Origin: a virus
Lineage: Duplodnaviria; Caudoviricetes
Virus record (IMG/VR): IMGVR_UViG_3300048828_000145
Span: 1-28,113 of that record
Strand: one strand, 5' to 3'
Length of the DNA: 28,113 nt
The number at the start of each line of letters is the position of its first letter. Within the stretch, counting starts at the first letter, position 1. Below the pieces are notes generated by a model. That model was not told the DNA's origin, made no database searches, and saw nothing but the letters and a program-made list of their open reading frames with translations. The position numbers were made by a program, and so were the translations under genes. Positions 9,655-18,845 of this stretch are shown piece by piece.

Positions 9655-9863
9655 GCGAAGCATGGGCAGCCATATTACCGAGGCTGGTAGCGTGCCCTGA
9701 GTGCCACGGTGAGGGCACTATAGAGGAAGGGTACGCATACCCTCACAACGCGGGCCGCGACATCGGTGAAATCATCATGGAGACCGTATCGTGTCCAGAG
9801 TGCGGCGGCATGGGCGAGATCCCGCCGCCTGAGGAAGAAGAGGAAGAGGAGGAAGACGAATGA
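9651..9863 (+). CDS. Zinc-finger protein (DnaJ-like CxxCxGxG x2) with acidic tail
   Basis: CPECHGEG and CPECGGMG; C-terminal poly-Glu. Confidence 0.75.
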   Translation: MSEAWAAILPRLVACPECHGEGTIEEGYAYPHNAGRDIGEIIMETVSCPECGGMGEIPPPEEEEEEEEDE

Positions 9864-10627
9864 AGTATGACCCGGAGGCGCTCACGCGCCACGTCATCGA
9901 CTGCGCGGAGCAGGGCATGTCCCAGGCCGACGTGGCAGACTTGCTGCGCGTGTCGCGCTCAACAGTCCACCGCATCACCAAAAAGCTAAGCATCAAACTG
10001 GAAAGGAAGCCCCGTGAATACGGACCAAACTCAGATCATTATCGGGCGCCTCGAGCGGATAACGAGCATCATGCTGGCGGAGCAGAAGACGGCGATGCGG
10101 CCCAACCTCAAGCAGCGTCTGGAGGAAGTCCAAGCCCTGTTAGACGCACTAAGGCGCGCGACCAGCGTGAAGCCGCAGAGCGACTGAAGAAGAAGCTGGA
10201 GGGCGTCACGGATAAGCATGAACGGTACGAGATCACATATGCCCACTGCGTTTGGGAATACGAGCAGTCTATGTATCGGGCGGGCAAGCGTGACCCGCTG
10301 CCGTCTGGCCCGCGTAGGCCGCTGACAACCTCACCGTCAATGCTGATTGCCGCTGAGAAGATGAAACAGCACAGCATCGACCAAGGGAACCGCCTGTTCT
10401 CGCTAATACCTTACGACCAGCGCGTGACTGCCGCAGAGGCCGCAGAGCTTCTGGGCGAGAGCGTACCGCGCACATCAAGCTATCTTAAAAAGATGTGGGA
10501 GGCTGACAAGATATACCGCGTGCGCGACTTGGTGGAGGTTCCGGGTTGCACTAAACGTCAGTGGCGCTGGGTGTTCAGTAAGCAGCCAATCAAGGCGCTA
10601 TCCAACTACTTTGAGGATGACGAGTGA
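9860..10627 (+). CDS. DNA-binding protein with N-terminal HTH and C-terminal winged HTH
   Basis: GMSQADVADLLRVSRSTVHR; VTAAEAAELLGESVPRTSSYLKKM. Confidence 0.75.
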   Translation: MKYDPEALTRHVIDCAEQGMSQADVADLLRVSRSTVHRITKKLSIKLERKPREYGPNSDHYRAPRADNEHHAGGAEDGDAAQPQAASGGSPSPVRRTKARDQREAAERLKKKLEGVTDKHERYEITYAHCVWEYEQSMYRAGKRDPLPSGPRRPLTTSPSMLIAAEKMKQHSIDQGNRLFSLIPYDQRVTAAEAAELLGESVPRTSSYLKKMWEADKIYRVRDLVEVPGCTKRQWRWVFSKQPIKALSNYFEDDE

Positions 10628-10737
10628 TGGATGACAAGGAAATAGAACGCATGATAAACGCAGCCGGTCTGATTGGAGCCATCTTTGGCTTCGTCGCTGG
10701 CGCTGGCCTGATGGCTATGGTGGGTATTATATTCTAG
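10627..10737 (+). CDS. Small membrane peptide (36 aa, not in ORF track)
   Basis: TGATG overlap, GAGG RBS; MDDKEIERMINAAGLIGAIFGFVAGAGLMAMVGIIF. Confidence 0.55.
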   Translation: MDDKEIERMINAAGLIGAIFGFVAGAGLMAMVGIIF

Positions 10738-10854
10738 TAATCGTGCGGGTGGTCGTGGGAATGATTGGCGCATTCGGAGCACGTTAACCAACAAACAATA
10801 TGCTGAACCACCCGCTCAAACTTTCTACGCAAGCTCACACATGGGCGCAAGATA

Positions 10855-11238
10855 CTATTTGAAACTGTTCAGAGTTTTTTGCATCGACTGGCTCTCGTTT
10901 AGAAATTCCGCCTCTGAAACATACGTTGTCGTCTTGAGGATTTCGTCGCCCCGACGAAAGACTACAGCGTCAAGATCCACAGCGACAAAGGCGTAAACGT
11001 CTGACCGAGGCCCGCTCCTCTTAGCTGTGTAGAATTTGTACCTTCTGCCCACCCCATGCGTCTTGCTGGCGCTCTTTACCTGCAACGTTAGAGTGCGTTC
11101 ATACATTTGTATATACGCGTCGTGGTCCCTGATTTGGCACAGGGTGCAGAGATAACCAGCAAGCGAAAGGCGGGCGAGTGCTAAATGCTCGCCCGCTCTG
11201 CCTACTGCCGCGCTGGCCTTCTGATCTTGGACCCGCAC
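10855..11238 (-). CDS. PD-(D/E)XK family endonuclease
   Basis: GRAGEHLA...D...LQVKS...DVYAFV pattern. Confidence 0.7.
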   Translation of the reverse strand: MRVQDQKASAAVGRAGEHLALARLSLAGYLCTLCQIRDHDAYIQMYERTLTLQVKSASKTHGVGRRYKFYTAKRSGPRSDVYAFVAVDLDAVVFRRGDEILKTTTYVSEAEFLNESQSMQKTLNSFK

Positions 11239-11251
11239 TTAGCTAAGTGGA

Positions 11252-11878
11252 CTAGGTCAACAGCCAGGTGTGGATCTTGCGCGTCTCGTTGATCCGCTGC
11301 TCCAGCCCGTGATACCCGCCATTCACCTTACGCGTGATGCGCTTGATAACGTCATCGCCAACGCCATCGTCCGCAATGGCGAATAGGCCGTTCTTCTGGA
11401 AAAACCATAGAGCCGTCTCAAACGCATACTCGTCAGCCAGTTTCGACGGGTACTCAAGAACCTCTGGCAATTTCATATCCGACGCAAAAGCCTTGACGTT
11501 TGACTTGCCGGTCAGCTGCAAGAAGCCTTTTCCAGAAAATGCAAAACCGTCACCACTTGCCTCGTCGCCATTCCCCATGCGGCTTGAGTAAACCTTGTTT
11601 GCCAGACCCTGCGGGTTCTTGGCATAGGGCTCGGCGCTCTCAACTGTAGGGAAGCGCGACGGCCAGACAGCCTGGATGCGCTCAGGGGTTGAGTAGTACA
11701 GCCCCTCTGTCGTGCGCTTAAACCCGCCACTCTCGTGATGAGACTGGCCCAGAAGGTGCGCGCCGCGATTAGGCGACAGGTCGTAGTGCTTGGCGATTGC
11801 TCTGGCCGTATTCGGGCCAAACGCGCCATCGGCTGAAACCCCAATCTTGGATTGGAGCAGCTTCATTGCTTCACTCAT
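11252..11878 (-). CDS. Endolysin, glycoside hydrolase family 19, with short N-terminal PG-binding motif
   Basis: ADGAFGPNT; HESGGF; GKGFLQLTGK; ITRKVNGGYHGLEQR. Confidence 0.9.
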   Translation of the reverse strand: MSEAMKLLQSKIGVSADGAFGPNTARAIAKHYDLSPNRGAHLLGQSHHESGGFKRTTEGLYYSTPERIQAVWPSRFPTVESAEPYAKNPQGLANKVYSSRMGNGDEASGDGFAFSGKGFLQLTGKSNVKAFASDMKLPEVLEYPSKLADEYAFETALWFFQKNGLFAIADDGVGDDVIKRITRKVNGGYHGLEQRINETRKIHTWLLT

Positions 11879-12036
11879 TTTTTAGCCTTTTTCTTAGCTG
11901 GCTTCTTAGCCGTCTTGGCAGCCGCTTTAAATGCACCGGCCGTTGGCGCTCCTTTGCTGCCGGGTTTGCGCATTTTCTCACCGCTTCCGGCTTTAATGCG
12001 CGCACGCTTTTTCGCGATGTTTTTGTAAAGTGACAT
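11875..12036 (-). CDS. Small very basic protein (53 aa)
   Basis: AGGAG RBS before ATG 12036; MSLYKNIAKKRARIKAGSGEKMRKPGSKGAPT... Confidence 0.75.
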   Translation of the reverse strand: MSLYKNIAKKRARIKAGSGEKMRKPGSKGAPTAGAFKAAAKTAKKPAKKKAKK

Positions 12037-12047
12037 CTCAGCACTCC

Positions 12048-12158
12048 TTACGCCATTTTGATTTTTACGCTCTTCTTGCAAGCGCCGGCGGCGGTGCAGA
12101 GTGACTTGGACTTACAGCCTGGGCATGGCTTGAAGCCTGATTTGTTACCGTATTTCAT
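12048..12158 (-). CDS. Tiny basic Cys-rich protein (36 aa, not in ORF track)
   Basis: GAGG RBS; MKYGNKSGFKPCPGCKSKSLCTAAGACKKSVKIKMA. Confidence 0.6.
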   Translation of the reverse strand: MKYGNKSGFKPCPGCKSKSLCTAAGACKKSVKIKMA

Positions 12159-12159
12159 G

Positions 12160-12414
12160 TTATGACCTCTTCGATTTAGTGCCGGAGCATTTCCAGCGCT
12201 TGCGTGAAAGATTTAGCGGGCTGTTTGGATCAGCCGCCGCCTTTGGAAACTTCTTTTTCTGCGCGGCTGAGCGTGCGCAGTATGCGTCACCCTTCTTGGT
12301 GCCGGGCTTGACCCGGGGGCCACCGCCCTTTGCCTTGCCAGCTTGACCGTAACTGACTTTACGTCCGCTGGATGTAACTTTAACTCGGGCTTTACCCTTC
12401 GATGGTGCCGCCAT
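12160..12414 (-). CDS. Basic phage protein (DUF6321-like)
   Basis: YCARS...DPNSPLNLSRKRWKC motif; TAATG overlap with the holin stop. Confidence 0.65.
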   Translation of the reverse strand: MAAPSKGKARVKVTSSGRKVSYGQAGKAKGGGPRVKPGTKKGDAYCARSAAQKKKFPKAAADPNSPLNLSRKRWKCSGTKSKRS

Positions 12415-12758
12415 TACCTCTTCAACCCCTTTACTGTGCGTATGCCAAAGCTCGCCGCAATGCTTGCATACATTGCCCACTGGAACCACTGCGGCGCGGC
12501 GTCCAGATTAGCGAAGCCCTGAGCCATGTAAGGCTGTATGCCCGGTATGAAGCTACCCAGCACAATGGCGATGAAGGCCACTGTCCACGCCTCATCCTTC
12601 CACGAATTATTGCTGGCCTCAATGGCGGCTTGCTCCCAGCTAATTTCACCCGTGGCGATTTTCATCTTGGTCTCAGCCTCAGCTTTCTTCACGGCAGTCT
12701 TGCCGTCGATGTAGCTTGCCGCAAGGCCGCCGAGTGATCCGATTATCTGACCGATCAT
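12414..12758 (-). CDS. Putative holin (3-TM, GTA-holin-like)
   Basis: SWKDEAWTV plus TM segments and SIAASFGIR C-terminus; upstream of the endolysin. Confidence 0.65.
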   Translation of the reverse strand: MIGQIIGSLGGLAASYIDGKTAVKKAEAETKMKIATGEISWEQAAIEASNNSWKDEAWTVAFIAIVLGSFIPGIQPYMAQGFANLDAAPQWFQWAMYASIAASFGIRTVKGLKR

Positions 12759-13000
12759 TTGTCATACCTCTCTTCATGCACTATCTTGGTGGGCGTTACA
12801 GTGGTCTTTGACTCCTTACCCATCCAGATGCCAAAGCAGCCTGTAAGAGCGCCCATACAGACGCTGACAAGCCCTGATTGGGCAACGCTGGGATCATCTA
12901 GCCCCATGAACCAATGCACCGCCTGATAGGTCAGCACAGTGACCGCCAGCATCATCAGACGCGGCAGTATTTTCCAATCATCTAAAACTGTTTGTGCCAT
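12755..13000 (-). CDS. Two-TM membrane protein, lysis-cassette associated
   Basis: WKILPRLMM...PSVAQSGLVSVCMGALTGCFGIWMGKE. Confidence 0.7.
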   Translation of the reverse strand: MAQTVLDDWKILPRLMMLAVTVLTYQAVHWFMGLDDPSVAQSGLVSVCMGALTGCFGIWMGKESKTTVTPTKIVHEERYDK

Positions 13001-13127
13001 TCAGCTTCCTACCTTCCTGCAAAAGCAACAGAACTTCTTTAAACTCTCGACCGGATCGCGCAGCCAAGCCTTCAATTATTAGTTCAAGGTTCTGATCGAA
13101 CAATCGTATGATCTCTGCGTCTTTCAT
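12978..13127 (-). CDS. Small hypothetical protein (49 aa, not in ORF track)
   Basis: ATG directly follows the upstream TAG; MKDAEIIRLFDQNLELIIEGLAARSGREFKEV... Confidence 0.55.
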   Translation of the reverse strand: MKDAEIIRLFDQNLELIIEGLAARSGREFKEVLLLLQEGRKLNGTNSFR

Positions 13128-13595
13128 CTACCATCGTCCTTGCTGCTTACCGATGAGCCACAGGGTGGCAATCAACCCAGCGATACCCGCCAGCACGATG
13201 ATACCGCCGACCACCCACATGATTATAGCCTCTTTGATTTCGGCCTGACGATACGCAGTCTTCTTGCGCTGCGCTCTGATCTTGCGGAGCGTGTCTTTAT
13301 ACTCTTCCAGACCTTGAGGCCCATGCTGGTACATGATGATTGTCTCGATTTCTTTCTTCATCGCCTGCAAGCGTTTCTGAGCGGAGAACGCGTCAATTGC
13401 AGCTTGCTCTGCGGAGCCAGTCAGAGACGCAAACACACCCGGATTTTTTGCCTTCTCAGCCGCGTAATTCACATCCGACACTGCACCAGCAAATTTGCTT
13501 AATGCGCCTGAAGCGTCCCTGCCAGCGGCTATCAACGACTTGGCATTGTTCACGGCGCTGGCCGCAATGGCTATGGCGGAGATTGGGTCAATCAT
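13128..13595 (-). CDS. Hypothetical membrane-anchored coiled-coil protein
   Basis: MIDPISAIA N-terminus; C-terminal TM; coupled in operon. Confidence 0.75.
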   Translation of the reverse strand: MIDPISAIAIAASAVNNAKSLIAAGRDASGALSKFAGAVSDVNYAAEKAKNPGVFASLTGSAEQAAIDAFSAQKRLQAMKKEIETIIMYQHGPQGLEEYKDTLRKIRAQRKKTAYRQAEIKEAIIMWVVGGIIVLAGIAGLIATLWLIGKQQGRW

Positions 13596-13777
13596 GCTTC
13601 TGCAAACCTCTTTGGGCAGATATATCGCGGCGGCACGCTGTACTTGCGGTCATACCATTGGCCTTTGCTAATCTTCGTCTGGCCGCACTCGTAATAACAA
13701 GATTTGACCAGCACATTACCTGCGCCCTGTATCCAAGCATGTCCGAAACTTACAAAGACCAAAGCGCAAAGCATCAT
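13592..13777 (-). CDS. Small Cys-containing, possibly exported protein
   Basis: 61 aa; ATGA overlaps on both sides; hydrophobic N-terminus. Confidence 0.6.
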   Translation of the reverse strand: MMLCALVFVSFGHAWIQGAGNVLVKSCYYECGQTKISKGQWYDRKYSVPPRYICPKRFAEA

Positions 13778-13998
13778 TTTCTCTCTATCAAGCGGTCTAT
13801 TTTGGCGTCGAGCCCATCCAGCCGCGTCATCACCCTGTTCATCTGGTCGGAGCTGTCCGCCTTGGTGATGTATTCCTCACGCGTGCGATTGATGAGGATC
13901 TGTAACCGCGTGATCTCATTCGTCCACGACTTAACCCAGAAGCCAATGCCTGTAACAACGATTGATAGTAGTCCGCTCCACATAACGTCAGCTTCCAT
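13774..13998 (-). CDS. Small TM plus coiled-coil protein, first gene of the lysis cassette
   Basis: GGAG RBS before ATG 13998; TM followed by RTREEYITK...LDAKIDRL. Confidence 0.7.
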   Translation of the reverse strand: MEADVMWSGLLSIVVTGIGFWVKSWTNEITRLQILINRTREEYITKADSSDQMNRVMTRLDGLDAKIDRLIERK

Positions 13999-14120
13999 TT
14001 TAAACTCCACTTTATTCTGGCGCATATTAACACGGCGACGATAGAAAAGAAATATCTCGGTAACACCTTGACCCCTGCCCTCATTCTGTTAACTCTGTAC
14101 AAACAAATGGAGGGACTACC

Positions 14121-14291
14121 GTGAAACATGAGTTGAAGCAAATCGGGCCGCGCATTCGAGCTGATATAGCGCAGATGCTGAAAGAGCAGTGCGCAAGTCA
14201 GCGCGTCAGCGCGTCACTGACGATAGAGCGACTGATCGTCGATCATCTCAAAAAGGGTGGGTATGTTGTCGAAGATTACGATCGGTATTGA
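14121..14291 (+). CDS. Putative ribbon-helix-helix (Arc-like) regulator (56 aa, not in ORF track)
   Basis: GGAGG RBS, GTG start; MKHELKQIGPRIRADIAQMLKEQCASQRVSASLTIERLIVDHLKK. Confidence 0.65.
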   Translation: MKHELKQIGPRIRADIAQMLKEQCASQRVSASLTIERLIVDHLKKGGYVVEDYDRY

Positions 14292-14721
14292 TCCCGGCTA
14301 TCGCACCGGCGGCGTCGCATTACTGGGCGACAACTTCGCCGAGGTGCACGACCTGCCGGTCTACACTGAAGGTGGCGTCGACGTGATCGCGCTGCTCGAC
14401 ATCATAAACAGCGCCGGCCCTGTGGAGCACATTTGGCTGGAAAAACAACAGGCTATGCCTAAGCAGGGCGTGGTTTCAGTGTTCAAGCTGGGTTTCGCCT
14501 ACGGCCAAATCTTAACGACTGCCGCTTTATCTGGCCACCCGTACAGCGAAGTGCGGCCCGCCAAGTGGAAGTCGAGCATGAATTTGCCAAAGGATAAGGA
14601 CGCCGCACGCCGGCAGGCGCAGCAGTGGTTCCCAGATCTGGCGTTGAGACTGAAGCGCAAGAAAGACGAACACCGTGCCGAGAGTTTACTCATCGCCGCG
14701 TATGGAAGGGGAGAGAAATGA
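14263..14721 (+). CDS. ruvC: RuvC-like Holliday junction resolvase
   Basis: IGIDPG, IWLEKQ, FKLGFAYG, VRPAKWK, RAESLLIA motifs. Confidence 0.85.
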   Translation: MLSKITIGIDPGYRTGGVALLGDNFAEVHDLPVYTEGGVDVIALLDIINSAGPVEHIWLEKQQAMPKQGVVSVFKLGFAYGQILTTAALSGHPYSEVRPAKWKSSMNLPKDKDAARRQAQQWFPDLALRLKRKKDEHRAESLLIAAYGRGEK

Positions 14722-14939
14722 GTTATATTGTGGCCGTCGTTAAAGACGGGAAGACGTGCATTGAGATTGACGGGGTCTACTTCAACACCGAGGGGCTCAA
14801 TGATCTAGCCGAATACATGCTTTGGAAGCACGACCAACATGGAGACCTTGGGTACAAAGCGCATGTGCTAGAGATCAAGAAAACTTTTGATGAAGTTAAC
14901 CGTGAAGTCGTGTCGGAGATTTTGGCGGGCAAAAGATGA
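14718..14939 (+). CDS. Hypothetical protein (73 aa)
   Basis: ATGA overlaps on both sides; GGGGAG RBS. Confidence 0.65.
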   Translation: MSYIVAVVKDGKTCIEIDGVYFNTEGLNDLAEYMLWKHDQHGDLGYKAHVLEIKKTFDEVNREVVSEILAGKR

Positions 14940-15730
14940 CCGTAAAACTTGACATGACAAACGAGGCGTATCACTTCGAGCCGTCGCTCAGCGCCAGCGG
15001 CGCCAAGAAGATCGCGCTGGGCTCGCCGGCTGAGTTTAAATATGGCGAGTTCAAGAGCAACCCAGCCTTCGACGTCGGCACGGCTACGCACACTCTGGTA
15101 TTCGAGCCGCAGCACGCGGAAAGCGTGTGGTGCGGGCCCGAGACACGCCGCGGGCTCGACTGGAAGCGCAAGAAGCTCGAAGCTGAAGAGGCTGGGGCGC
15201 TGCTGCTGACGGAGGCAGATTACCGACTGGCCGCTGACATGGCGGAGGCGGTGCGCTCAAATCGTGCAGCCGCGGAGCTGCTCAGCGGCGACCTTGTGTG
15301 CGAGGCCAGTATATTCAGCAAAGATCCGTCAACAGGCGTCGACATGCGGTGCCGCCCGGACGGTTGGCGCCGTGACATTGGCGCGCTGATAGATCTCAAG
15401 ACGACTATTGCGTCTGACCCCGAGGGCTTTGCAAAGCAATGCGCAAACCTCGGGTATCATATACAGGATATGTTTTACCGCCGGTGCATGGAAAATGCCG
15501 GCTTTGAGATAGACCGCTTCTGCTTCATAGCGGTGCAAAAGACGCGTCCACACCTAGTGGGCGTGTATGAATTGGACTGGGCCAGCCTGGACGAAGGGAA
15601 GGCCGCAGTGCAGTACGCTCTCGAGAAATATCGCAAGGCGAGCGAGAGCAACGAGTGGGGTTACGACTTTGGGGACTTGAAAACGATCCAAATTCCGCGC
15701 TACTCATTTAAGTTCAGTCAGATTGACTGA
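14936..15730 (+). CDS. RecE/exonuclease VIII-like PD-(D/E)XK exonuclease (DUF3799-like)
   Basis: LSASG, GTATHTLVFEP, RCRPD, IDLKTT, GYHIQ motifs. Confidence 0.85.
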   Translation: MTVKLDMTNEAYHFEPSLSASGAKKIALGSPAEFKYGEFKSNPAFDVGTATHTLVFEPQHAESVWCGPETRRGLDWKRKKLEAEEAGALLLTEADYRLAADMAEAVRSNRAAAELLSGDLVCEASIFSKDPSTGVDMRCRPDGWRRDIGALIDLKTTIASDPEGFAKQCANLGYHIQDMFYRRCMENAGFEIDRFCFIAVQKTRPHLVGVYELDWASLDEGKAAVQYALEKYRKASESNEWGYDFGDLKTIQIPRYSFKFSQID

Positions 15731-15761
15731 GAAACGGCAACCATAGTCTAGGAGACAACAT

Positions 15762-16349
15762 ATGCCAATATCATTCGGATCAGGTTCAGAGGGTTCTGGG
15801 AGCTCACTATTCATACGATCAAATTTACCGCAAAACCGTTGGTGGGTTAAGACGGAGGCCGGCGACGAGAACATCGATATGTCTCGCGGCTTCGCGGTGG
15901 ACATCAAAAGCGTACAGTTCGGCTGGCTGCACATCGACATCGGCGTGCGTGACTGGCAGCCTTGGCCGTCACCCTCCGAGCAGATCCCGCGCCCAAGCGA
16001 GGTCTACAAGCAGGGCTTCGAGGTTAAGTGCTGGCTGGTCGACGGTCGTGAGGCGTCGTTCAGCGGCAACTCGTATGGCCTCGGCCAGTTCATCGCCAAG
16101 CTGTACAATCAGGCTGAGCAGGCTCCCGAGTTTGCAACGCAGATCCCAATCGTGCAGGTCACAAGCTCAACGCCAATCGTGATCGGCAAGGGCACGTCAT
16201 ACGACGTGGGCTTTAACATCTCGAAGTGGATCAACCGCCCAGAGAACGGCGCTGAACATTCGGCGGCGGCAGCGGCACCCGCAATGGCGCCCGCACCGGC
16301 TCCGGCTCCGGCCGCAGCTCCGGCAGCCGATAATAACTTCGGTTTCTGA
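15762..16349 (+). CDS. Putative ssDNA-binding/annealing protein
   Basis: Between exonuclease and primase; Pro/Ala linker and aromatic C-terminus (DNNFGF); AGGAG RBS. Confidence 0.55.
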   Translation: MPISFGSGSEGSGSSLFIRSNLPQNRWWVKTEAGDENIDMSRGFAVDIKSVQFGWLHIDIGVRDWQPWPSPSEQIPRPSEVYKQGFEVKCWLVDGREASFSGNSYGLGQFIAKLYNQAEQAPEFATQIPIVQVTSSTPIVIGKGTSYDVGFNISKWINRPENGAEHSAAAAAPAMAPAPAPAPAAAPAADNNFGF

Positions 16350-16397
16350 TAACGTGGCCGCCTGCCTCGGTGGGCGGCCAAACAAAGGGGTGGGAAG

Positions 16398-18593
16398 ATG
16401 AGCGAGAGATACTTCAGTAAGGTAGCGGAGAGCGCAGTGGCCGACGTGGCCGGTGCGATCAAGGGAAGCCGCAACGAGATTTTAAACAAGGCCGCATTCA
16501 GCCTGGGCCGCCACGCGCACATGGCGCCGGCAAACCTGGACGCGGCGCTAATGGAGCTGCACAGCGCGGCCAAGAACATGGGCCTGCAAGATCACGAGAT
16601 CAAGGCGACAATCGGCAGCGGATTTAAGCGCGGCGGCGACAGCCCGAAAGAGCTCGAAAACTCCGACGCGCTGCCGTACACGCCGTCAGAGTTCGAGCGC
16701 CTGATGACGCGACTGGCCGCCAAGGAAGTGCTGGCGCGTGACGACGAAAGCCGCGCGGACAAGATGCGCAAGGCGCGCGAGATCTGGGAGCGGGGCGTTA
16801 CAATTTCGCGTGACAATGTCGACGCCGTGCGTCCGGCGCTGCTCTACCTCAACTCGCGGGGTCTGAGAGCCAGTACAGCCTCGCATGCGGCGCGGTTTAG
16901 CCCGAATATATACGACGGCCCCGCGATCATGTTTCCCGCGCTCAGTCCAAGCGGAGAAGTGTGCGGCGTGCAGAGCGTGCTGCTCACAGCCGAGGGCCAG
17001 AAGCGAGAGCACAACGGGATCAGCAAATACAGCCGCGGCGTGATCGCCGGCAACGTCATGCGCATCGGCGACGAGCACGAGGGCGGCGTCATCATCATGG
17101 CCGAGGGGCCAGAGGATGCGCTGAGCGTCTACCAGGCGGTCGGCGACGAGGCTACAGTCGTGTGCACGTTTGGCAAGGCTGGCATGTCAACATACCCGGT
17201 GCCGCGCGCATCCGACGTGACGATCTGCGCCGACCCCGATCTCGACGTGGATGCGGTGGCCGACGTGCTGCGCGGCGACGGCAGCACGGACGTGCACGTC
17301 GTGCGCTTCGACATGCTTGGCGTCGACGGCGTGAAGGACGCAAACGACTACCTGCGCGAGACGTCCGCCGAAAAATTGCGTGAGGCATTGGCGCTGGCAA
17401 AGCCGGTCGCGCAGGTGCAGGCCGAGATCGCGCAGTCAGAGCGCAGCTACCCGACGCCATACGATCCAATCGACCCGGCGAGCATACCGGCGCGGCGCTG
17501 GATTTACGGCCAGCACTACATCCGCTCAAACGTGTCCGTGCTGGCATCGGCTGGCGGCGTGGGCAAGACGTCTATGCAGATCGTGGAGGCGCTGGCAATA
17601 TGCACCGGCAGGCCGCTGCTCGGTGAGCCCGTGCACGAGACGTGCAATTGCTGGATAATTAATTTAGAGGATCCGCTCGAGGAGCTTCAACGCAGGGTCG
17701 CGGCGGCGATGATGCACTACAACGTCACGGCAGACGAAATCCGGGGCAAGCTATTCCTAGATGCGGGCCGAGACATGAACATCATATTCGCCAGGCAGGA
17801 CCGCGAGGGCATCACCGTCGACGACGCGCTGGTCGACTACCTGACGGCCAAGATTTCGGAAAACAGCATCGGGCTGGTCTCGATCGACCCGTGGGTTGCT
17901 GCTACAGCCGTGGGAGAGAATGATAATGTCGCAATGAACGCCGCCGTCGGGGCTGTGCGTGCCGTGTGTGACGTTACAGACTGCGCGGCGTCCCTAGTTC
18001 ACCACATACGCAAGGGCAACGGCGACGACGCCACGGTCGACAGCATACGGGGAGCGGGCAGCCTTATCGGCGCAGCCCGTGCAGCGCGCGTCATCAACCG
18101 CGTGTCTCAGGAGGACGCGCTCAAGCTGGGCGTGTCAGAGACTGAGGCGCTGGGCATATTCCGGGTAGACGACGGCAAGTCTAACATGGCGCCGCCGGCA
18201 GCGAAGGCAGTGTACAGGCGCATGGTCGGCGTGCAGCTGCCAAACAAAGAATATGTGGGTGTGGCTGAGCAGTTTTCCATGCCTGACCTCTTCGACGGGG
18301 TGAGCGCCAAGGACGCGATGAAGGTGCAGCGTGACGTCGGGCAGTGCGCCCAGCGCGGCGAGTTTATGCGCCAGAACCCGCAGGCAAAGAACTGGGTGGG
18401 CAACATCGTGGCGCTGCACCTCGACCTGGACGTGGATAAGAAGCACGAGAAGGCCAAGATCAACGCGATCGTCAAGAAGTGGATCGAGACAGACGTGCTG
18501 CGCATCGAGCGCGAGAAAGACTTGCGCACCGGGCGTGACGTGCCGGTGGTGGTCGTGGGCGAGTGGATCACTGGCGAGGAGGCCGGCCTGTGA
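16398..18593 (+). CDS. Primase-helicase (TOPRIM plus AAA_25/RepA-like helicase)
   Basis: AEGPEDALS, ICADPD, KDANDYL; Walker A AGGVGKT; VSIDP; LVHHIRK; RGAGSL. Confidence 0.9.
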   Translation: MSERYFSKVAESAVADVAGAIKGSRNEILNKAAFSLGRHAHMAPANLDAALMELHSAAKNMGLQDHEIKATIGSGFKRGGDSPKELENSDALPYTPSEFERLMTRLAAKEVLARDDESRADKMRKAREIWERGVTISRDNVDAVRPALLYLNSRGLRASTASHAARFSPNIYDGPAIMFPALSPSGEVCGVQSVLLTAEGQKREHNGISKYSRGVIAGNVMRIGDEHEGGVIIMAEGPEDALSVYQAVGDEATVVCTFGKAGMSTYPVPRASDVTICADPDLDVDAVADVLRGDGSTDVHVVRFDMLGVDGVKDANDYLRETSAEKLREALALAKPVAQVQAEIAQSERSYPTPYDPIDPASIPARRWIYGQHYIRSNVSVLASAGGVGKTSMQIVEALAICTGRPLLGEPVHETCNCWIINLEDPLEELQRRVAAAMMHYNVTADEIRGKLFLDAGRDMNIIFARQDREGITVDDALVDYLTAKISENSIGLVSIDPWVAATAVGENDNVAMNAAVGAVRAVCDVTDCAASLVHHIRKGNGDDATVDSIRGAGSLIGAARAARVINRVSQEDALKLGVSETEALGIFRVDDGKSNMAPPAAKAVYRRMVGVQLPNKEYVGVAEQFSMPDLFDGVSAKDAMKVQRDVGQCAQRGEFMRQNPQAKNWVGNIVALHLDLDVDKKHEKAKINAIVKKWIETDVLRIEREKDLRTGRDVPVVVVGEWITGEEAGL

Positions 18594-18841
18594 CGGAATT
18601 CGATGACAAGGCGGCAATGGACCTCGAGGACGAGGATCTCATCATGGCGATCTACTGGTCCGACATATTCCGGGCATGCGCCATCGAGTTTGAGCCTGGC
18701 CTCATGCAGCCGCGCACCGTCGAGGAGCGGATGCGCGTGCAGGAGATTATCGTGGCGACCATGCAGTGCCTGGAGCACGCATTGGTGCGCCTCGACGACC
18801 AGATGGTGGAGGTGCGCAGTGGTGCGGAGTTGTTGCATTAA
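18590..18841 (+). CDS. Hypothetical protein (83 aa)
   Basis: GTGA overlap with the primase stop; GAGGAGG RBS. Confidence 0.65.
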   Translation: MTEFDDKAAMDLEDEDLIMAIYWSDIFRACAIEFEPGLMQPRTVEERMRVQEIIVATMQCLEHALVRLDDQMVEVRSGAELLH

Positions 18842-18845
18842 TGCT

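Noticed and set aside
9651-9863. DnaJ chaperone
   Set aside because: Only two zinc-finger repeats and no J-domain HPD motif
16355-16380. GC-rich hairpin after the SSB-like gene as an intrinsic terminator
   Set aside because: No U-tract follows; probably a stability or attenuation hairpin, so not called
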